Source: Candidatus Thermofontivivens primus (GTDB lineage Bacteria > Sysuimicrobiota > Sysuimicrobiia > Sysuimicrobiales > Thermofontiviventaceae). Taken from it: 28,137 nt of DNA. Of this stretch, positions 25,081 to 28,137 are shown in pieces. The stretch lies in contig JAVKJW010000028.1 in assembly GCA_031458695.1 (NCBI GenBank), positions 1-28,137 on the forward strand, written 5' to 3'. A program made the position numbers and the translations under genes. The notes below the pieces were generated by a model. That model worked only from the letters and a program-made list of their open reading frames with translations. It did no database searches and was not told where the DNA came from. Position 1 is the stretch's first letter; each line of letters starts with the position of its first letter.

Positions 25081-25557
25081 ATGGGAAAATTCTGGGCCGC
25101 TCATCTCCGGCTTCCTGTACTTGCTGGTTTTGGCGCCGGATTCTTCCTTCTCCTTTTCTACCTTGCCATCATTGGGCTTTCCTCGCGATCGTGGTCTCAC
25201 CTAACAGAACAGTTCTCCCAAGACAAGTTCTTCATCATCGCCTTAGCGAGCGGCTTCGGCATCCAGGCCGGGCTGTTTACCTACATCAAGAAGGGGATGA
25301 TGGGGGTGCGGGGGACGAGCCCTTCCCTGGCCGTCGCCTCGGCTGGAACGGCTACGTCCACGGCATCCATGGTGGCCTGCTGTCTCCACCACCTCTCCGA
25401 CGTCCTTCCCTTCCTGGGGCTTTCTGGGGCTGTGGTCTTTCTCACCGAGTACAAAATCCCGTTGATCCTCATCGGTATAGGAAGCAACCTGGTCGGGATC
25501 GCCCTCATGGTCCGCATCATCCGTCGGGCCAGGGCGATGGCGTGTCACGTGGCATGA
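25081..25557 (+). CDS. Uncharacterised membrane protein (about 4 TM) with CCxHH motif
   Basis: 158 aa hydrophobic ORF containing SMVACCLHHLSDVLPFLGLSGA. First gene behind the phased-repeat promoter, upstream of copA. Confidence 0.8.
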   Translation: MGKFWAAHLRLPVLAGFGAGFFLLLFYLAIIGLSSRSWSHLTEQFSQDKFFIIALASGFGIQAGLFTYIKKGMMGVRGTSPSLAVASAGTATSTASMVACCLHHLSDVLPFLGLSGAVVFLTEYKIPLILIGIGSNLVGIALMVRIIRRARAMACHVA

Positions 25558-25580
25558 TCGCGTTCGAAGGAGGGGATACC

Positions 25581-26090
25581 GTGAAGCGACGCTGGAAGCC
25601 CTTTGCCGTGCTGTCCACCATCCTCATTCTCGTCCTTGGGGCCATCGCCCAAGGAGCGCAGGCTCCCACGGATCTCAGCGCATTGGTGAAGCGTGCTTCT
25701 CAGGCTGGAGTCGAGGTTGAGGTGATCTTTGCCACACCGGAGTACTTCACGGCACGGGGAGATGAGGCCGGCCTAAAGAGGTATCGCCCCGACGAAAACC
25801 TCGTCTTCTTCATCTGGATGAACACCCATTCGGGGGATCTCACTCTCTTTGACATGCGCAGGATTTCCACCCTCCGGACTGACCAGGGCCGGGAGATCGA
25901 AGCCCTGCGGTGGGAAGCGATCAGTAACAACCCCCACCATCGCTCCGGAGTCCTGATCTTTCCTCAGGTGGATTCCCAGGGTAAGCGCATTGTCACGGCC
26001 CAGAGCAAGTATGTGGAGTTGGTGTTCCGCGGGCTCGTCGGTGTGGAGTGGAGGTTCCGCTGGGAACCACCCCCTCTCGGGAGGGGATGA
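25581..26090 (+). CDS. Uncharacterised exported protein with MNTHSGDL and HHRSG motifs
   Basis: AAGGAGG RBS, GTG 25581. Sec-type signal peptide (KRRWK, hydrophobic stretch, AQA) followed by a beta-rich soluble domain. The ORF-track start at 25002 is an artefactual extension. Confidence 0.8.
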   Translation: MKRRWKPFAVLSTILILVLGAIAQGAQAPTDLSALVKRASQAGVEVEVIFATPEYFTARGDEAGLKRYRPDENLVFFIWMNTHSGDLTLFDMRRISTLRTDQGREIEALRWEAISNNPHHRSGVLIFPQVDSQGKRIVTAQSKYVELVFRGLVGVEWRFRWEPPPLGRG

Positions 26091-26177
26091 GCGGATTCCC
26101 CTCTGAGCTCCTGATCGTAGGGAAACCGAGGGATACGCGCGCCGGCCAGGCCGCGAAATGGTGGAGCCAGCTTCTTC

Positions 26178-26206
26178 TTGACGAATGGAGAGAGGCGGCC
26201 TAGAAT
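26178..26206 (+). promoter_or_regulatory. Sigma70-type promoter of copA
   Basis: TTGACG (26178-26183), 17 bp spacer, TAGAAT (26201-26206). Confidence 0.8.
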
Positions 26207-26215
26207 GGGAGAGGA

Positions 26216-26239
26216 ACCCCCTCCCCCGTGGGTGGGGGT
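26216..26239. promoter_or_regulatory. CsoR-type operator ACCCCCTCCC-CCGT-GGGTGGGGGT
   Basis: C-tract/G-tract inverted repeat (10-4-10, one mismatch) between the -10 and the copA RBS, resembling Mycobacterium/Thermus CsoR operators. Confidence 0.75.
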
Positions 26240-26257
26240 CAGAAGGAGGTGTCTCTG

Positions 26258-28137
26258 GTGGCGGAACTCCTTGAAGAACGGAGCGAGGAAATGCCCCTTG
26301 CTGAAGCCGCTCTCCCGATCCAGGGGATGACCTGCGCCTCCTGTGTTGCGACCATCGAAGGGGCCTTGCGGAACCTCGATGGCGTGGTCGAGGTGCGCGT
26401 CAACCTTACTGCCGAGAAAGGGTTCGTGCGTTACGATCCCAGGCGGGTCAACCTTAGGGATATCGCCAGGACAGTTCATGAGGTAGGCTACCAGGTTGGC
26501 GTGGAGGAGTTAGACCTCCAGGTCACGGGAATGACCTGTGCCTCCTGTGTTGCAACCATCGAGGGGGCCGTAAGTAACCTCGAGGGCGTGGAAAAAGTGG
26601 TCGTGAACCTGAACGCCGGGACGGCGAGGGTGTGGTACTACCCAGGCATCGTGACACCAAGCCAGATCAAACGGGCTATCCGGGATCTCGGGTACGGAGC
26701 GAGTGAAAGGCTGGAAGGGCCGGAAGCCTTGGACCGTGAGCGGGAGGCCCGCCAGCGGGAGATCCGCCGCCAGGGTATCTGGATGCTGGTCTCCTGGCCC
26801 CTCGCCCTCCTGGTGATGATCGGGACTTTCCAGGAGATGTGGATCCTTCCCCGGTTTGTCCCAGAGATCCTCAGGAACCGTCTCGTCCTCTTCGCTTTCA
26901 CCACTCCCATCGTCTTCGGTCCGGGCTGGCAATTCTTCGTCAATAGCTACCGGGGTCTGCGCCATGGTGTGATCGACATGAACCTCCTCTACGCGACGGG
27001 GATCGGTTCTGCTTACCTTATCGCTGTCATCAACACGTTCTGGCCAGATGCCGGCTTTGGCGGCCCGAGGGCGACGTTTTACGAAGCGGCAGCGCTCCTC
27101 ACTGCCTTCATCATCCTGGGGCGCTATCTCGAAGCGCTGACGAGGGGTCGGACCTCGGAGGCCATCCGGAAGCTCATGAGCCTGCAGCCCAAGGTGGCCA
27201 GGATCCTCCGTGATGGCCAGGAGAGAGAGATCCCAGCTGATGAGGTGGAGGTCGGTGATGTCGTGGTGGTCCGTCCAGGGGAGCGCATCCCTGTGGACGG
27301 CATCGTCCTCGAGGGCTACTCCGCAGTGGACCAGTCCATGCTCACGGGCGAGTCGATGCCCGTGGAGAAGAGGCCAGGGGACGAGGTCATTGGCGGGACG
27401 ATGAATAAGACAGGGGCGTTCAAGTTCCAGGCTACCAGGGTAGGGAAGGAGACGGCGCTCGCCCAGATCATCAAGTTGGTAGAGGATGCCCAGGCCAGCA
27501 AGGCCCCCATCCAGAGGCTCGCCGACCTCGTGGCCGGGAAGTTCGTCTTAGGGGTTTACGTGCTCTCGCTTGCCGTGTTCCTTTTCTGGTTCTTCTTTGG
27601 CTATCACCGCTTCTTCGACCCGGCGACCCGATTCATGCTCACTCCGTACACACTCGGGAGCGTCAGTGTCTTCGGTTTTTCCTTGCTCATCTCCGTGGCG
27701 GTGCTTGTGATCTCCTGCCCATGTGCAGTGGGCATCGCCACCCCTAGTGCGATGATGGCGGGGACTGGCAAGGCCGCCGAGAACGGCATCCTGTTCAAGG
27801 GAGCTGATGCCATCGAGGCGACGAGCAAGCTTGACACCATCGTCTTTGACAAGACAGGGACTCTCACAAAGGGGAAGCCTTCTGTGACCGATGTGGTCCC
27901 GGCCCCGGAATTCTCTCAGGAAGAGGTCCTGCGCTTTGCGGCCGTTGCGGAGGTGAACTCCGAGCACCCTCTGGGTGAGGCGATCGTTCAGGGTGCAAGG
28001 GAGCGAGGGCTCAAGATAGAAGAGCCTGAGGTCTTCCACGCGATCCCTGGACACGGGGTGGAGGCGAGGTTTGGAGGGCGCGAAATACTTCTCGGTAACC
28101 GCCGGCTCATGGGGGAGCGCGGCGTGGACAGTTCCCT
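26258..28137 (+). CDS. copA: Copper-translocating P1B-1 ATPase CopA, 3' end outside window
   Basis: Absent from the ORF track (no stop codon); translated by hand. AAGGAGGT RBS, GTG 26258, two GMTCASC HMA domains, [36 protein letters not shown]. Confidence 0.93.
   Translation, partial: MAELLEERSEEMPLAEAALPIQGMTCASCVATIEGALRNLDGVVEVRVNLTAEKGFVRYDPRRVNLRDIARTVHEVGYQVGVEELDLQVTGMTCASCVATIEGAVSNLEGVEKVVVNLNAGTARVWYYPGIVTPSQIKRAIRDLGYGASERLEGPEALDREREARQREIRRQGIWMLVSWPLALLVMIGTFQEMWILPRFVPEILRNRLVLFAFTTPIVFGPGWQFFVNSYRGLRHGVIDMNLLYATGIGSAYLIAVINTFWPDAGFGGPRATFYEAAALLTAFIILGRYLEALTRGRTSEAIRKLMSLQPKVARILRDGQEREIPADEVEVGDVVVVRPGERIPVDGIVLEGYSAVDQSMLTGESMPVEKRPGDEVIGGTMNKTGAFKFQATRVGKETALAQIIKLVEDAQASKAPIQRLADLVAGKFVLGVYVLSLAVFLFWFFFGYHRFFDPATRFMLTPYTLGSVSVFGFSLLISVAVLVISCPCAVGIATPSAMMAGTGKAAENGILFKGADAIEATSKLDTIVFDKTGTLTKGKPSVTDVVPAPEFSQEEVLRFAAVAEVNSEHPLGEAIVQGARERGLKIEEPEVFHAIPGHGVEARFGGREILLGNRRLMGERGVDSS

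Noticed and set aside
25002..25580. N-terminal 193 codons of the 362-aa ORF 25002-26090
   Set aside because: Overlaps the CCxHH gene in another frame. The true start is GTG 25581, with an RBS and signal peptide.
26324..26569. Near-identical ~42-bp direct repeats 204 bp apart in copA
   Set aside because: They encode the two [17 protein letters not shown] domains, an ordinary domain duplication.

Overview
GC-rich bacterial chromosomal window, very likely from a thermophile (ttuB-ttuA-trmI tRNA thermostabilisation genes, Thermus-type ba3 oxidase). No mobile element, CRISPR array, rRNA or tRNA was seen. Left half: short/branched acyl-CoA catabolism. It has a divergent pair of cysteine-less thiolase-fold proteins, acyl-CoA dehydrogenase, EtfB/EtfA, a membrane Fe-S/CCG ETF:quinone oxidoreductase (FadF/EMO type), a two-subunit B12 mutase with isobutyryl-CoA-mutase-type residues, a crotonase and a canonical thiolase. 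ttuB-ttuA-trmI sit in the middle of this block. Next come an archaeal-type FAU-1/DUF402 ribonuclease, corA and a 57-aa orphan ORF flanked by repeats. Right half: an rrf2-cbaD-cbaB-cbaA (ba3 oxidase) operon, a nitroreductase, an MFS transporter, an ArsR/SmtB regulator with a P1B-4 ATPase, and a DUF420 protein. An uncharacterised pair follows (CCxHH membrane protein plus a His-motif secreted protein, behind phased OmpR-type repeats), then a CsoR-type operator and copA, which runs off the window. Best candidates for undescribed biology: (i) the CCxHH/THSGDL metal-handling pair, (ii) a possible mutase plus retro-aldolase route for branched acyl-CoAs, (iii) a C-terminally masked TtuB, (iv) an Fe-S Rrf2 regulator heading a ba3 operon. 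All family assignments come from motif recognition, not database searches.
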